This document shows, piece after piece, positions 29,609 to 39,534 of a stretch of 64,000 nucleotides of DNA. How positions within the stretch are numbered: the first letter of the stretch is position 1; each line of letters opens with the position of its first letter. Position numbers and translations under genes: made by a program. This DNA comes from an uncultured Aliarcobacter sp. (GTDB taxonomy: Bacteria > Campylobacterota > Campylobacteria > Campylobacterales > Arcobacteraceae): NCBI GenBank assembly GCA_963664305.2, contig CAXXLV010000002.1:1-64000 (forward strand), read 5' to 3'. The notes under the pieces were generated by a model. The model saw only the letters and a list, made by a program, of their open reading frames with translations, ran no database searches and was not told where the DNA came from.

Positions 29609-31915
29609 ATGTTTAAATATAAAGATATAAATATTAAAATGAAAATGATTTTAATTTCAATCATTTCTTTATTAATTGTTGTAGTTATTATAGGTGGTAT
29701 TTCTGTTGAAGAAGCAAAAAAAGCACTAATGAAAAATAATTATGATAGTTTAACTTTCTCAAGAGATAATAAAACTCAGCAAATTGAAAATCTTTTTAAT
29801 CGAATGGTTAATGATATAGAAGTTTTATCAAGTAGTAAAACAGTCGATCAATTAGTTTATGATTTAACTAGTTTATATTCTCAAATGGATATAGATACAA
29901 AAGATAAATTTCCAATAAATGATTCAATGGTTAAAGATACTATTTCTTCAAGTGAGAATTTTTTTCAAAGTTATATTAAAAAGTATAATTATAATGATAT
30001 CTATTTAATTGATGTACAATCAGGGCAAATATATTATACAGCTAAAAAAAATGCTGACTTTGGAGAAAATTTAAAATCTGGAAAATTGAATAATTCTTTA
30101 CTAGCTGATGTATGGAAAAAAACCATTGAAAACAATGCAACTACTTTTGTAGATATGAAACCTTATGAAATTAATGACAATAAACCTGTAATGTTTTTAG
30201 GAACACCTGTATATGAAAATGGATATAAAGAGGATGGAATAAAAGCTGTATTAGTATTTCAAATTGGAAATAATGATATAAATAAAATAATGAATTTTAG
30301 GAAAGGTTATGGACAAACACAAGAAGATTATTTGGTTGGTAATGATTATTTAATGAGAAGTGATAGTTTTTTAAGTCCAAAAACTCATTCAATAAATTCA
30401 TCTTTTTCATCTCCTCAAAAAAATAGTATAAAAACAAATGCAACGATAAATGCATTTAAAAATCAAACAAATACAGAAATTATAAAAGGGTATGATAATT
30501 ATAATGTTTTATGTGCATACAGTCCTATCAATATTTCAAAAGATATAACTTGGGCAATTGTTTCTGAAATTAGTGAAGATGAAGTTTTAATTACACCACA
30601 TTCTTTGAGAACAGAGATTATTATAGTTTCATTTATTGTTTTATTGTCTTTGTCACTTTTTGTATATTTCATAATAAATAAAAATATAATATCACCTCTT
30701 AATAACTTTCAAGAAGGATTATTAAATTTCTTTAAATATCTAAATAGAGAAAAGGATGATGTCTCTCTTTTAAACATAGTTTCAAAAGATGAAATAGGAG
30801 TTATGTCAAAAATCATAAATGAAAATATTTTAAAAATAAAAGATAACATTGAGGAAGAAAAAGAGCTTATTAAATCAACTATTTTTGTATTAAAAGAGTT
30901 TGAACAAGGTGATTTATCACAAAGAGTTACTAAAAAATCTTCAAACTCTTCATTGAATGAATTAACAAATTTATTAAACCAAATGGGAATAAATTTAGAA
31001 ATGAATATCAATAATATACTTAATATATTAGAACAATATTCAAATTATAATTATTTGAATAAAATCAACACGAATAACTCTAAAAAACATCTTCTTCAAT
31101 TATCTGAAGGAATAAATTATTTAGGTGATTCAATTACTCAAATGTTAATAGAAAATAAAAAAAATGGTTTGGTTTTAGATTCTAATAGTGATATATTAAT
31201 TAAAAATGTAAATCTTCTAAATAATAATCTAAATAATTCTGCTGCTTCACTTGAAGAAACAGCTGCTGCTGTTGAGCAAATAACAAGTAATATAACATCA
31301 AATACACTAAGTGTTAAAAATATGTTTGAATATACAGAAATATTAACTAATTCAGTAAATGAAGGAAAAAATTTATCGTTAAAGACTGATTTGGCAATTG
31401 ATATAATGAATGAGCAAATTCTTACAATAAATAATAGTATTGACATGATTGAACAAATTTCATTTCAAACAAATATATTATCTCTTAATGCAGCTGTTGA
31501 AGCAGCAACTGCTGGTGAAGCTGGACGTGGTTTTGCAGTTGTTGCAGCTGAAGTGCGAAATTTAGCTTCAAGAAGTGCTGAAACAACAAGAAAAATTAAA
31601 GAATTAGTATCAATTGCTATATTAAAAGCAAATGATGGAAAAGAGATAGCTAAAGAGATGATTGCTGGTTATAACACTGTTGATGAAAATATTTCAAAAA
31701 CGATTGAATTGATATCACAAGTTAATTTTTCTAGTAATGAACAACAAAAAGGAATAGAGCAAATAAATGATGCAATAAATTTATTAGATCAAAAGACTCA
31801 AGAAAATGCTGCAATATCCAATAAAACTTATGATGTTGCAATACAAACGGATAAATTAGCAAAGTTAATTGTTCAAAAAACAAATGAAAAAGAATTTAAT
31901 GGAAAGGATATTTAA
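29609..31915 (+). CDS. Methyl-accepting chemotaxis protein with a large Cache-type periplasmic domain
   Basis: Two TMs; [27 protein letters not shown]. Start moved from the track's TTG at 29561 to ATG 29609 (AAGGA RBS; the TTG lies inside the promoter motif). Confidence 0.92.
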   Translation: MFKYKDINIKMKMILISIISLLIVVVIIGGISVEEAKKALMKNNYDSLTFSRDNKTQQIENLFNRMVNDIEVLSSSKTVDQLVYDLTSLYSQMDIDTKDKFPINDSMVKDTISSSENFFQSYIKKYNYNDIYLIDVQSGQIYYTAKKNADFGENLKSGKLNNSLLADVWKKTIENNATTFVDMKPYEINDNKPVMFLGTPVYENGYKEDGIKAVLVFQIGNNDINKIMNFRKGYGQTQEDYLVGNDYLMRSDSFLSPKTHSINSSFSSPQKNSIKTNATINAFKNQTNTEIIKGYDNYNVLCAYSPINISKDITWAIVSEISEDEVLITPHSLRTEIIIVSFIVLLSLSLFVYFIINKNIISPLNNFQEGLLNFFKYLNREKDDVSLLNIVSKDEIGVMSKIINENILKIKDNIEEEKELIKSTIFVLKEFEQGDLSQRVTKKSSNSSLNELTNLLNQMGINLEMNINNILNILEQYSNYNYLNKINTNNSKKHLLQLSEGINYLGDSITQMLIENKKNGLVLDSNSDILIKNVNLLNNNLNNSAASLEETAAAVEQITSNITSNTLSVKNMFEYTEILTNSVNEGKNLSLKTDLAIDIMNEQILTINNSIDMIEQISFQTNILSLNAAVEAATAGEAGRGFAVVAAEVRNLASRSAETTRKIKELVSIAILKANDGKEIAKEMIAGYNTVDENISKTIELISQVNFSSNEQQKGIEQINDAINLLDQKTQENAAISNKTYDVAIQTDKLAKLIVQKTNEKEFNGKDI

Positions 31916-31935
31916 AAGTCAAAATTTGTATTAAA

Positions 31936-31968
31936 TGCAAGTTTCATGACAGTGTTCAATGTTAGGAT
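31936..31968 (+). promoter_or_regulatory. Regulon motif copy 6 with -10 (porin)
   Basis: TGCAAG-TTTCA-TGACAG-tgttcaaTGt-TAGGAT. Confidence 0.8.
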
Positions 31969-31997
31969 AACCTTGTTAAATTAACAAGGAGAGAAAA

Positions 31998-33215
31998 ATG
32001 AACAAATTAATTAAAAAGAGTTTAATTGCTACTTTAGCAGTAACATCAATTGCAACATCATCATTTGCAGCTGATACATTAGCTGATGCTTTTAGTAATG
32101 GAAAAATAAAAGGTGATATTAAATCATACTATTTTGATGAAAATTATGATTCAGCAAAAACTTCTGATAATAGTATTTGGGTAAATGGTGGAAGTTTAAA
32201 TTATGTTACAGATAGTTTTAATGGTGTAAAACTAGGTGCAACATTACAAACTTCACATGTTGGAACTATTGATGATGACACAGCTAAACAAGCAAAATTT
32301 ATGGATGCATCAGGTTCAGTTTTATCTGAGGCTTATTTAGAATATAAATATGCAAATACAAGCTTTAAAGGTGGTAGACAATTTATCTCTTTACCTTTAA
32401 TCAATGGTTCAGGTTCAAGACTTATAAAAGAATCATTTGAAGGTTACTTTTTAGCTAATAATGATATTCCAAATACTTTAGTATCTTTAGGAAAAGTTAC
32501 AAAATATCAAACAAGAACAGATAGTGTAACAAGTGGAACAAATGGTGCATCTTTTTCAAATACAGAAGTAAATGATGGTGATGTTGGTGGATTTAATAAA
32601 ATAGGTACAGATGGTGCTGTTTCATTATATATTAAAAATGATTCTATAAATAATTTAACTATTCAAGGTCATTATGTAGATTTTATTGATGAGGTTAAAG
32701 ATTTATATGTAGATGCTACTTATAAATTTGGTGGAGATTTTAAACCATTTGTAGCAGCACAATATTATGATTCAAATTATGATAAAGCTACAGTTAAAGA
32801 TAGCTCATTATATGGTTATAAAATTGGGGCTACATTCTTTACAGTAGATTTTCATGCTGCTTATACATCAGCAGATGATAAAGGAAATGTAAATAGAGGT
32901 ATAGGTGAAGCTGCAACTGCATCATTTACTTCTTCAACAACAACAACTGGAAACTATACAGCGGGTACTGATTCATGGCAAATTGGTGCTTCTAAGAAAT
33001 TTGGAAATTTAACTACAAAAATTTCTTATACTGATAGTGATTCTTTATTAGTAAAAAATGATTTAAAACAAACATATTTAGGTGCACAATATAAATTCTC
33101 TGGGGCACTTAAAAATTTAGCAATGTCAGCTGATTATACTATCTATGAAAATGGAAAAGGTAATGAATCTAAAGATAAAGATGAGTTAAGATTAAAAGCA
33201 ATTTATTCTTTTTAA
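31998..33215 (+). CDS. OprD-family outer membrane porin
   Basis: Signal peptide; ADTLADAFSNGK, LSEAYL, GGRQFI..PLI motifs; C-terminal ELRLKAIYSF beta-signal. Confidence 0.85.
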   Translation: MNKLIKKSLIATLAVTSIATSSFAADTLADAFSNGKIKGDIKSYYFDENYDSAKTSDNSIWVNGGSLNYVTDSFNGVKLGATLQTSHVGTIDDDTAKQAKFMDASGSVLSEAYLEYKYANTSFKGGRQFISLPLINGSGSRLIKESFEGYFLANNDIPNTLVSLGKVTKYQTRTDSVTSGTNGASFSNTEVNDGDVGGFNKIGTDGAVSLYIKNDSINNLTIQGHYVDFIDEVKDLYVDATYKFGGDFKPFVAAQYYDSNYDKATVKDSSLYGYKIGATFFTVDFHAAYTSADDKGNVNRGIGEAATASFTSSTTTTGNYTAGTDSWQIGASKKFGNLTTKISYTDSDSLLVKNDLKQTYLGAQYKFSGALKNLAMSADYTIYENGKGNESKDKDELRLKAIYSF

Positions 33216-33306
33216 TAAAATAAATAAAAAGTTTGAAGAAATTCAAGCTTTTTATATTTGTGACTAAAATTTCGAAATCAAAAAAAAGCGAACAAAAGGA
33301 GAGATA

Positions 33307-33813
33307 TTAATATCTCTTCTTTAAATTACTACTATTTAATTCTTCAGAACAAACAATTATCCCATCTTCATCAGCATATAAAAAGTCGCCACTATTAAAA
33401 GTAACACCTCCAAATTTAAGTTCAATGTTTCTTTCTCCTTTATTTTTTTCAAAATTTCTTAAAGGACAAGTTCCTAATGCAATAAGACCAATTTTAAATT
33501 TATTAGTTTCTTTAATATCTCTTACATATCCATTTATAATAATTGCTTTATAGTTATTGTTTTCCGCAAATAATGATAGTTTATCTCCTACAATACCATA
33601 AAATTCTCTATCAACATCAACAACTACGATTTTCTCAGTTCCATCTTCATCTTTCAGCATAGAAAGTAAGTCCCAATTACTTTTGTTTAATTTGATAGTT
33701 GTTATTTGTCCGAAAAAACCAACTAAACCACCATAATTTCTGAATTCTGATGACAATACTTGTATGTTTTTATCTTGATTTTCATCACATAAATCTGCAG
33801 TGCTAAAATACAT
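33307..33813 (-). CDS. RraA-family protein (putative HMG aldolase / oxaloacetate decarboxylase)
   Basis: STADLCDE, NYGG...F.GQITTI, VGD, INGYVRD and GDFLYADEDGII motifs. Confidence 0.88.
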   Translation of the reverse strand: MYFSTADLCDENQDKNIQVLSSEFRNYGGLVGFFGQITTIKLNKSNWDLLSMLKDEDGTEKIVVVDVDREFYGIVGDKLSLFAENNNYKAIIINGYVRDIKETNKFKIGLIALGTCPLRNFEKNKGERNIELKFGGVTFNSGDFLYADEDGIIVCSEELNSSNLKKRY

Positions 33814-33835
33814 ATAGATACTCCTTTTTTTCTGA

Positions 33836-33868
33836 ATAGTATAATATTAATCTTTCAGTAAGCTTGCA
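33836..33868 (-). promoter_or_regulatory. Regulon motif copy 7 with -10 (rraA-like gene)
   Basis: Minus strand TGCAAG-CTTAC-TGAAAG-attaatatta-TACTAT. Confidence 0.75.
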
Positions 33869-34384
33869 AATTAGTTTATTAATTTAAGTTTTTATTAATT
33901 ATTAAATAGGGAAAAGTGAGAATTTATAAAGTTATATTTTTAAGTATTAAAGATTATTTATTAGATTTATTGTTCTATCAACAGAATTTTTTGCTAATTG
34001 ATAGTTATTTTAAGAATATAATATTTTTCCAAATAAAGTTTTAAAAATAGTATTTTTTAGACAAGAATAATATTTATTGAAAAACATTATTCGTAATAAA
34101 TATACTCTTTTAAAGAAATTATTTTTAACATCTGTTTTCCGACACCCTAGTTTAAAATCAAAAAAAGTACAGAAAAAGCACAAAATGCCATGAAATAAGT
34201 ATATGATAAATACTATCGGATTCTAATGTAGTACGAAAATTAAGAATAAAGAGTTTTTCGTATACTTAGATTTTAATATAGAAAGTGAAGGATTGATTAA
34301 ATATGTAATAGAAGAAAGAATGTTTTGGAACTAAGAATTAATATAATAAATTATTATAAAAATATTATAATATTTTTTAATAAA

Positions 34385-34782
34385 TGGTGGAGATGTGCGG
34401 GATCGAACCGCAGTCTTAAAACAGATCATAGAAGCGTCTACATGCTTAGCAAAGTTGAAAGATTTCACTTCATGACAGCTCAACTTCCAAAAGCAATCAC
34501 AAAGCTAAGATTTAAAATTTCTCTTTAAAGCCCAATCACAACCTCAAAGATAATCTATCTAGGGTGAACCAGCGATAATCTACATAGATAGAATCTGTAG
34601 TGCTAGCCTCCGAAGACTCAAGCCGTTAGGCGAGTCAATAAGTTGTTAAACTTACGCAGCTTTTGCGTAAGCTGGAGCGTAATTTGTATTGTTTGCGTCT
34701 AAAAAAAATGAACCGCGTAACGGCATGTTCAGGCCGACATGCAACTAATACTCACTGCTCTAATCGATACCAAGTCATCCCC
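34385..34782 (-). ncRNA. ssrA: tmRNA
   Basis: 5' GGGGATGACTTGGTATCGA; 3' GACTGCGGTTCGATCCCGCACATCTCCACCA; tag frame 34696-34652 reads ANNTNYAPAYAKAA*. Confidence 0.96.
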
Positions 34783-34934
34783 ATAATTTAAAAACGAAGT
34801 TTACATAACAAATTATTAAAAGCATGTTAATTGTAATCAAATTGTTATCAAATACCAAATGAGTTTTTGTTTCAATGGTTCTTATACTTTAAAACTGTAT
34901 AATGGTTACATAAAAATATATCGGAGTGAATAAA

Positions 34935-36128
34935 ATGAGCAAAAAAGGTATTTTAATTATTGGGGCAGGTGGTGTAAGTAGAGTAGCCACTGTTAAATGT
35001 GCAATGAATATTGACACATTTGAACATATTACATTAGCTTCTAGAACAGTTTCTAAATGTGAAGCAATTGCTGCTGATATTTTAAAAAATCAAGGTGTAA
35101 AAATTGATGTAGCTAGTGTTAATGCTGATAGTGTTGATGAATTAGTAAAATTAATTGAAAAAGTAAATCCTAAATTAGTATTAAATGTAGCATTACCATA
35201 CCAAGATTTAACAATAATGGACGCTTGTACAAAATGTAAAGTTGATTATGTAGATACTGCAAATTATGAACATCCAGATGAAGCAAAATTTGAATATAAA
35301 CTTCAATGGGAAAGAGATGGACAATTTAAAGAAGCTGGAATTATGGGATTATTAGGTTCAGGTTTTGACCCAGGTGTTACAGGAGTATTTTGTGCATATG
35401 CTCAACAAAATTTATTTGATGAGATTCACTATATTGATATTATGGATTGTAATGCAGGTGACCATGGTTATAAATTTGCAACAAACTTTAATCCAGAAAT
35501 TAACTTAAGAGAAGTATCTGCAAATGGTAGATATTGGGAAAATGGTCAATGGATTGAAACAACTCCTTTAGAAATTAGAGTTGACCATGACTATCCTGAA
35601 GTTGGTGTAAAACCATCTTATTTACTATATCATGAAGAGTTAGAGTCTTTATCAAAAAATATTAAAGGTTTAAAAAGAATTAGATTCTTTATGACTTTTG
35701 GTGATGCTTATATTCAACATATGAATTGTTTACAAAATGTTGGAATGTTAGGTATTGAGCCAGTTGAACATAAAGGTATGATGATTACTCCAATTGAATT
35801 TTTAACTACATTATTACCAGATCCAGCAAGCCTTGGACCAAGAACTGTTGGTAAAACAAATATTGGATGTATCATTGAAGGTATTAAAGATGGAAAACCA
35901 AGAAAAGTTTATATCTATAACGTTTGTGACCACCAAGAGTGTTATAAAGAAACAGGAGCACAAGCTGTTTCATATACTACAGGAGTTCCTGCAATGATTG
36001 GTTCTAAATTACTTTACAAAGGTATTTGGAAAAATACAGGAGTATTTAACATTGAAGAGTTTGATGCAAAACCATTTATGGATGAGTTAATGACTCAAGG
36101 TCTTCCTTGGAAAATTTTAGAGTTATAA
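34935..36128 (+). CDS. Carboxy(nor)spermidine dehydrogenase (saccharopine dehydrogenase family)
   Basis: IIGAGGV, NVALPYQDLTIMDAC, GSGFDPG, TNFNPEINLRE and QAVSYTTGVPA motifs; adjacent to nspC; ATG 34935 follows GGAG. Confidence 0.9.
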   Translation: MSKKGILIIGAGGVSRVATVKCAMNIDTFEHITLASRTVSKCEAIAADILKNQGVKIDVASVNADSVDELVKLIEKVNPKLVLNVALPYQDLTIMDACTKCKVDYVDTANYEHPDEAKFEYKLQWERDGQFKEAGIMGLLGSGFDPGVTGVFCAYAQQNLFDEIHYIDIMDCNAGDHGYKFATNFNPEINLREVSANGRYWENGQWIETTPLEIRVDHDYPEVGVKPSYLLYHEELESLSKNIKGLKRIRFFMTFGDAYIQHMNCLQNVGMLGIEPVEHKGMMITPIEFLTTLLPDPASLGPRTVGKTNIGCIIEGIKDGKPRKVYIYNVCDHQECYKETGAQAVSYTTGVPAMIGSKLLYKGIWKNTGVFNIEEFDAKPFMDELMTQGLPWKILEL

Positions 36129-36153
36129 TAAATCTTGAATAGAGGAGTTTATT

Positions 36154-36318
36154 ATGCAAAAATATATTTGTACAGCTTGTGACTACATATATGATCCAGC
36201 TGTTGGTGATCCTGATAGTGGGATTGAGGCAGGAACTGCATTTGAAGATTTACCCCAAGATTGGTCTTGTCCAGATTGTGGAGTAGGGAAAGAAGATTTT
36301 GAGCCATATGAAGAATAG
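36154..36318 (+). CDS. Rubredoxin (54 aa; absent from the ORF track)
   Basis: [54 protein letters not shown]; two CxxC motifs; GAGGAG RBS. Confidence 0.95.
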   Translation: MQKYICTACDYIYDPAVGDPDSGIEAGTAFEDLPQDWSCPDCGVGKEDFEPYEE

Positions 36319-37456
36319 TTATACAACAGTAGATAGCTTTGATAAGCTTCCAAGCCCAAGTTTTGTTTGTGAAGAAGCATTACTTGAAAAAAATTTAAAA
36401 CTTTTAAAAAGAGTTCAAGATGAAGCTGATATTAGTATTCTTCTTGCTCTTAAAGGTTTTGCAATGCATTCAACTTTTGATTTATGTAAAAAATATCTTA
36501 AAGGTTGTTGTGCATCAGGTCTTCATGAAGCGATTTTAGCAAAAGAAGAGTTTGGTGGAGAAGTACATACTTATAGCCCAGCTTTTAAAGATGAAGAAAT
36601 AGATGAAATTATAGCTATTTCAAATCATCTTGTTTTTAACTCTTTTAGCCAACTAAAAAGATACAAAGATAAAGCTTTTGGAAAAGTATCTTTAGGTATT
36701 AGATTAAATCCTGAATACTCTTCAGTTGAAGTTGATTTATATAATCCTTGTGCACCATTTTCAAGAATGGGAACAACAAAAGCGAACTTTGATGAATCTC
36801 AACTTGAATTTTTAGATGGTTTTCACTTTCATGCACTTTGTGAACAAAATGTAGATGCACTTGAAGGTGCGCTTGCAGCTTTTGAAAAAAACTTTAGCCA
36901 ATATTTTGATAAATTAAAATGGGTAAATTTTGGTGGTGGTCATCATATTACAAGAGCTGATTATGATGTAGAAGGATTAATCAAACTTTTAAAAGATTTC
37001 AAATCAAGATATCCACATTTAAAAGTTTATATGGAGCCAGGTGAAGCAATTGGTTGGCAAACAGGTTATTTGATGGCAACTGTTTTAGATGTGATTCACA
37101 ATGGTATGGATTTAGCAATTTTAGATACAAGTGCTGAAGCTCATATGCCTGATACTTTAGCAATGCCTTATAGAGCTATGATTAGAAATAGTGGTGTTGC
37201 TGGGGAAAAAGCATATACATATAGATTAGGTGGAAATACTTGTTTATCTGGTGATATAATTGGTGATTACTCTTTTGATGAGCCATTAAAAGTAGGTGAT
37301 AGAATTATTTTAGAAGATATGATTCATTATACTATGGTAAAAACGACAACTTTTAATGGTATAAAATTACCTTCAATTGTTATAAAACATAATGAAAACA
37401 ATTATCAAATTATAAAAAACTTTGGGTATAATGACTATAAAGTAAGACTTTCATAG
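36308..37456 (+). CDS. nspC: Carboxy(nor)spermidine decarboxylase
   Basis: LLALKGF (PLP Lys), [31 protein letters not shown] and TTFNGI motifs; ATG 36308 overlaps the rubredoxin end. Confidence 0.93.
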   Translation: MKNSYTTVDSFDKLPSPSFVCEEALLEKNLKLLKRVQDEADISILLALKGFAMHSTFDLCKKYLKGCCASGLHEAILAKEEFGGEVHTYSPAFKDEEIDEIIAISNHLVFNSFSQLKRYKDKAFGKVSLGIRLNPEYSSVEVDLYNPCAPFSRMGTTKANFDESQLEFLDGFHFHALCEQNVDALEGALAAFEKNFSQYFDKLKWVNFGGGHHITRADYDVEGLIKLLKDFKSRYPHLKVYMEPGEAIGWQTGYLMATVLDVIHNGMDLAILDTSAEAHMPDTLAMPYRAMIRNSGVAGEKAYTYRLGGNTCLSGDIIGDYSFDEPLKVGDRIILEDMIHYTMVKTTTFNGIKLPSIVIKHNENNYQIIKNFGYNDYKVRLS

Positions 37457-37465
37457 GAGAAAATA

Positions 37466-38407
37466 ATGTCGGGGCACGAAAGAAATATATTAAATAGTGA
37501 ATTTTCAGATATGGAAGTTGTTGATACGAAAGAGTGTTTAAAACATGATTATAAAGATAAAAGTAGAAAAAGAAAAAAACTAAAAGAAAAAGAAGAAGAT
37601 GGAGTTGAAAAAGTTCAGATTTGGGTTAGAAAAGAGACTTTAGAGTACGAAAGAGAATTAACTAAACTTCAAATTGAACTTTTAAAACTTCAAAATCATG
37701 TAAAAGAAAAAGGTTTAAAAATCTTAATGCTTTTTGAAGGAAGAGATGCTGCTGGAAAAGGTGGAACGATAAAAAGAATTACTGAACACTTAAATCCAAG
37801 GGGAGCAAGAGTTGTTGCTTTAGAAAAACCAAGTGATATTGAAAAAACACAATGGTATTTTCAAAGATATACTCAACATCTTCCAAGTGCAGGAGAAATA
37901 GTATTTTTTGATAGGTCTTGGTATAACAGAGCAGGTGTTGAACCTGTTATGGGATTTTGTACAACAGAAGAACATCATGAATTTTTAAGAGAAGTTCCAG
38001 AATTTGAAAGAATGCTTGTGAAATCTGGGATTATTTTGATGAAGTTTTATTTTTCTGTTTCAAAAAAAGAGCAATTAAAAAGATTTAAAAAAAGAGAAAT
38101 AGATCCTTTAAAACAATATAAACTTTCACCTGTAGATAAAGAGTCTCAAAATTTATGGGAAAAGTATACTATTGCTAAATTCTCAATGTTAATGGCTTCA
38201 AATACAGACGTTGCCCCGTGGACTGTAATTAGAAGTGATGATAAGAAAAGAGCTAGATTAAATTGTATTAGATATATTTTATCAAATATTGATTATGAGA
38301 AAAAAACTGATGAAGATTTATTTAATATTGATAGAGATATTTTAATAACTGGTTCAGAAGAGATAGAAAATATGGAACAAGACAACAAATTTTCGAGGTT
38401 ACCATAA
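37466..38407 (+). CDS. ppk2: Polyphosphate kinase 2
   Basis: FEGRDAAGKGG, LNPRG, WYFQRY and FDRSWYNRAGVE motifs. Confidence 0.95.
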   Translation: MSGHERNILNSEFSDMEVVDTKECLKHDYKDKSRKRKKLKEKEEDGVEKVQIWVRKETLEYERELTKLQIELLKLQNHVKEKGLKILMLFEGRDAAGKGGTIKRITEHLNPRGARVVALEKPSDIEKTQWYFQRYTQHLPSAGEIVFFDRSWYNRAGVEPVMGFCTTEEHHEFLREVPEFERMLVKSGIILMKFYFSVSKKEQLKRFKKREIDPLKQYKLSPVDKESQNLWEKYTIAKFSMLMASNTDVAPWTVIRSDDKKRARLNCIRYILSNIDYEKKTDEDLFNIDRDILITGSEEIENMEQDNKFSRLP

Positions 38408-39525
38408 TGAATTTGAATGAATTTGAAAGAACAAATCATAGTGGATTATATATTTCAAAAGATACTCATCCTGAGTTTGGAAGAAAATATATAGTTCGAT
38501 TTCAACATGATAAAAAAAGATATGTAAAAGTTTTAGGTTATACAAAACGAGATAATTTAACAAGAAAAGATGCTATTGAATTGATGCAATCTTTTAAAGA
38601 TTCGATAATATCAAAAACAGAAGAAAAAACTACTTTAGAGGAAGAAGAATTGGTAACTAAAGATAATGAAGCTTTAAAAAAATTAAAAGAAGAAAATGAT
38701 TTTCTAAAATCAATTTTAGGTAACTATGAAAAGTTGAATCCTCATGTTTTATCTGAAGGTATTCAAAAGATTTATGATTTAGAAGCTTTAAAAAAATATC
38801 AAATAGAGTTAATCAAACTTCAAAATTGGTTGGAAAAAGAGAATAAAAGAATGATTATTATCTTTGAAGGAAGAGATGCTTCTGGAAAAGGTGGAGCAAT
38901 TAGAAGAATTACTAGATATATGAATAATAAACATTATAGAGTAGTTGCTCTTGGAAAACCAACAGAAACTCAAAAAAATCAATGGTTTTTACAAAGATAT
39001 ATTACTCATTTCCCAACAGGTGGAGAGATAGTTTTATTTGATAGAAGTTGGTACAATAGAGCGATGGTTGAGCCAATTTTTGGATTTTGTACACCTGAAG
39101 AACATGAAATTTTTATGGAAGATATTGTTAATTTTGAACAAGATTTAGTAAGACAAGGAATGATTCTAATAAAACTATATTTTTCTGTTTCAAAAGAAGA
39201 GCAAAAAAGAAGATTTGAAAGAAGAATTCATGATCCATTAAGACAATGGAAATTCTCAGAAGTTGACATGCAAGCTCAAGATTTATGGGATGAGTTCTCT
39301 GAAAAAAAATATGAAATGTTAAGAAGAACTACTTCAAGAAGTGCTCCTTGGCATATTGTAAGAAGTGATAATAAGCATCTAGCAAGATTAGAGGCTATGA
39401 AAATTATTTTAAATTCTGTTGATTATGATGGGAGAAACTATTCTTTAGATTTTGAAGCTAATGAAGATGTAAATATCTCTGTTCAAAAAGAGCTTTTACA
39501 AATGAGAAAAACAAAAGATTATTAA
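38407..39525 (+). CDS. ppk2: Second polyphosphate kinase 2 with an N-terminal extension of about 120 aa (arm-type DNA-binding-like domain plus coiled coil)
   Basis: FEGRDASGKGG, FDRSWYNRAMVE and DPLRQWK motifs; TAATG overlap with the upstream ppk2. Confidence 0.9.
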   Translation: MNLNEFERTNHSGLYISKDTHPEFGRKYIVRFQHDKKRYVKVLGYTKRDNLTRKDAIELMQSFKDSIISKTEEKTTLEEEELVTKDNEALKKLKEENDFLKSILGNYEKLNPHVLSEGIQKIYDLEALKKYQIELIKLQNWLEKENKRMIIIFEGRDASGKGGAIRRITRYMNNKHYRVVALGKPTETQKNQWFLQRYITHFPTGGEIVLFDRSWYNRAMVEPIFGFCTPEEHEIFMEDIVNFEQDLVRQGMILIKLYFSVSKEEQKRRFERRIHDPLRQWKFSEVDMQAQDLWDEFSEKKYEMLRRTTSRSAPWHIVRSDNKHLARLEAMKIILNSVDYDGRNYSLDFEANEDVNISVQKELLQMRKTKDY

Positions 39526-39534
39526 TCTTTTGTT

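Noticed and set aside
25069..33813. Complete gallate/protocatechuate 4,5-cleavage or methylcitrate pathway
   Set aside because: Dioxygenase, OMA hydratase and prpB/prpC/acnD are absent from the window
11400..34385. Intact integrative element or prophage at ssrA
   Set aside because: No integrase, transposase, phage gene or duplicated ssrA 3' end was seen in the window
34325..34528. 67-aa ORF in the track
   Set aside because: It is antisense to the tmRNA 3' half and is not a credible protein
36183..36380. Minus-strand 65-aa ORF
   Set aside because: Antisense shadow of rubredoxin and nspC
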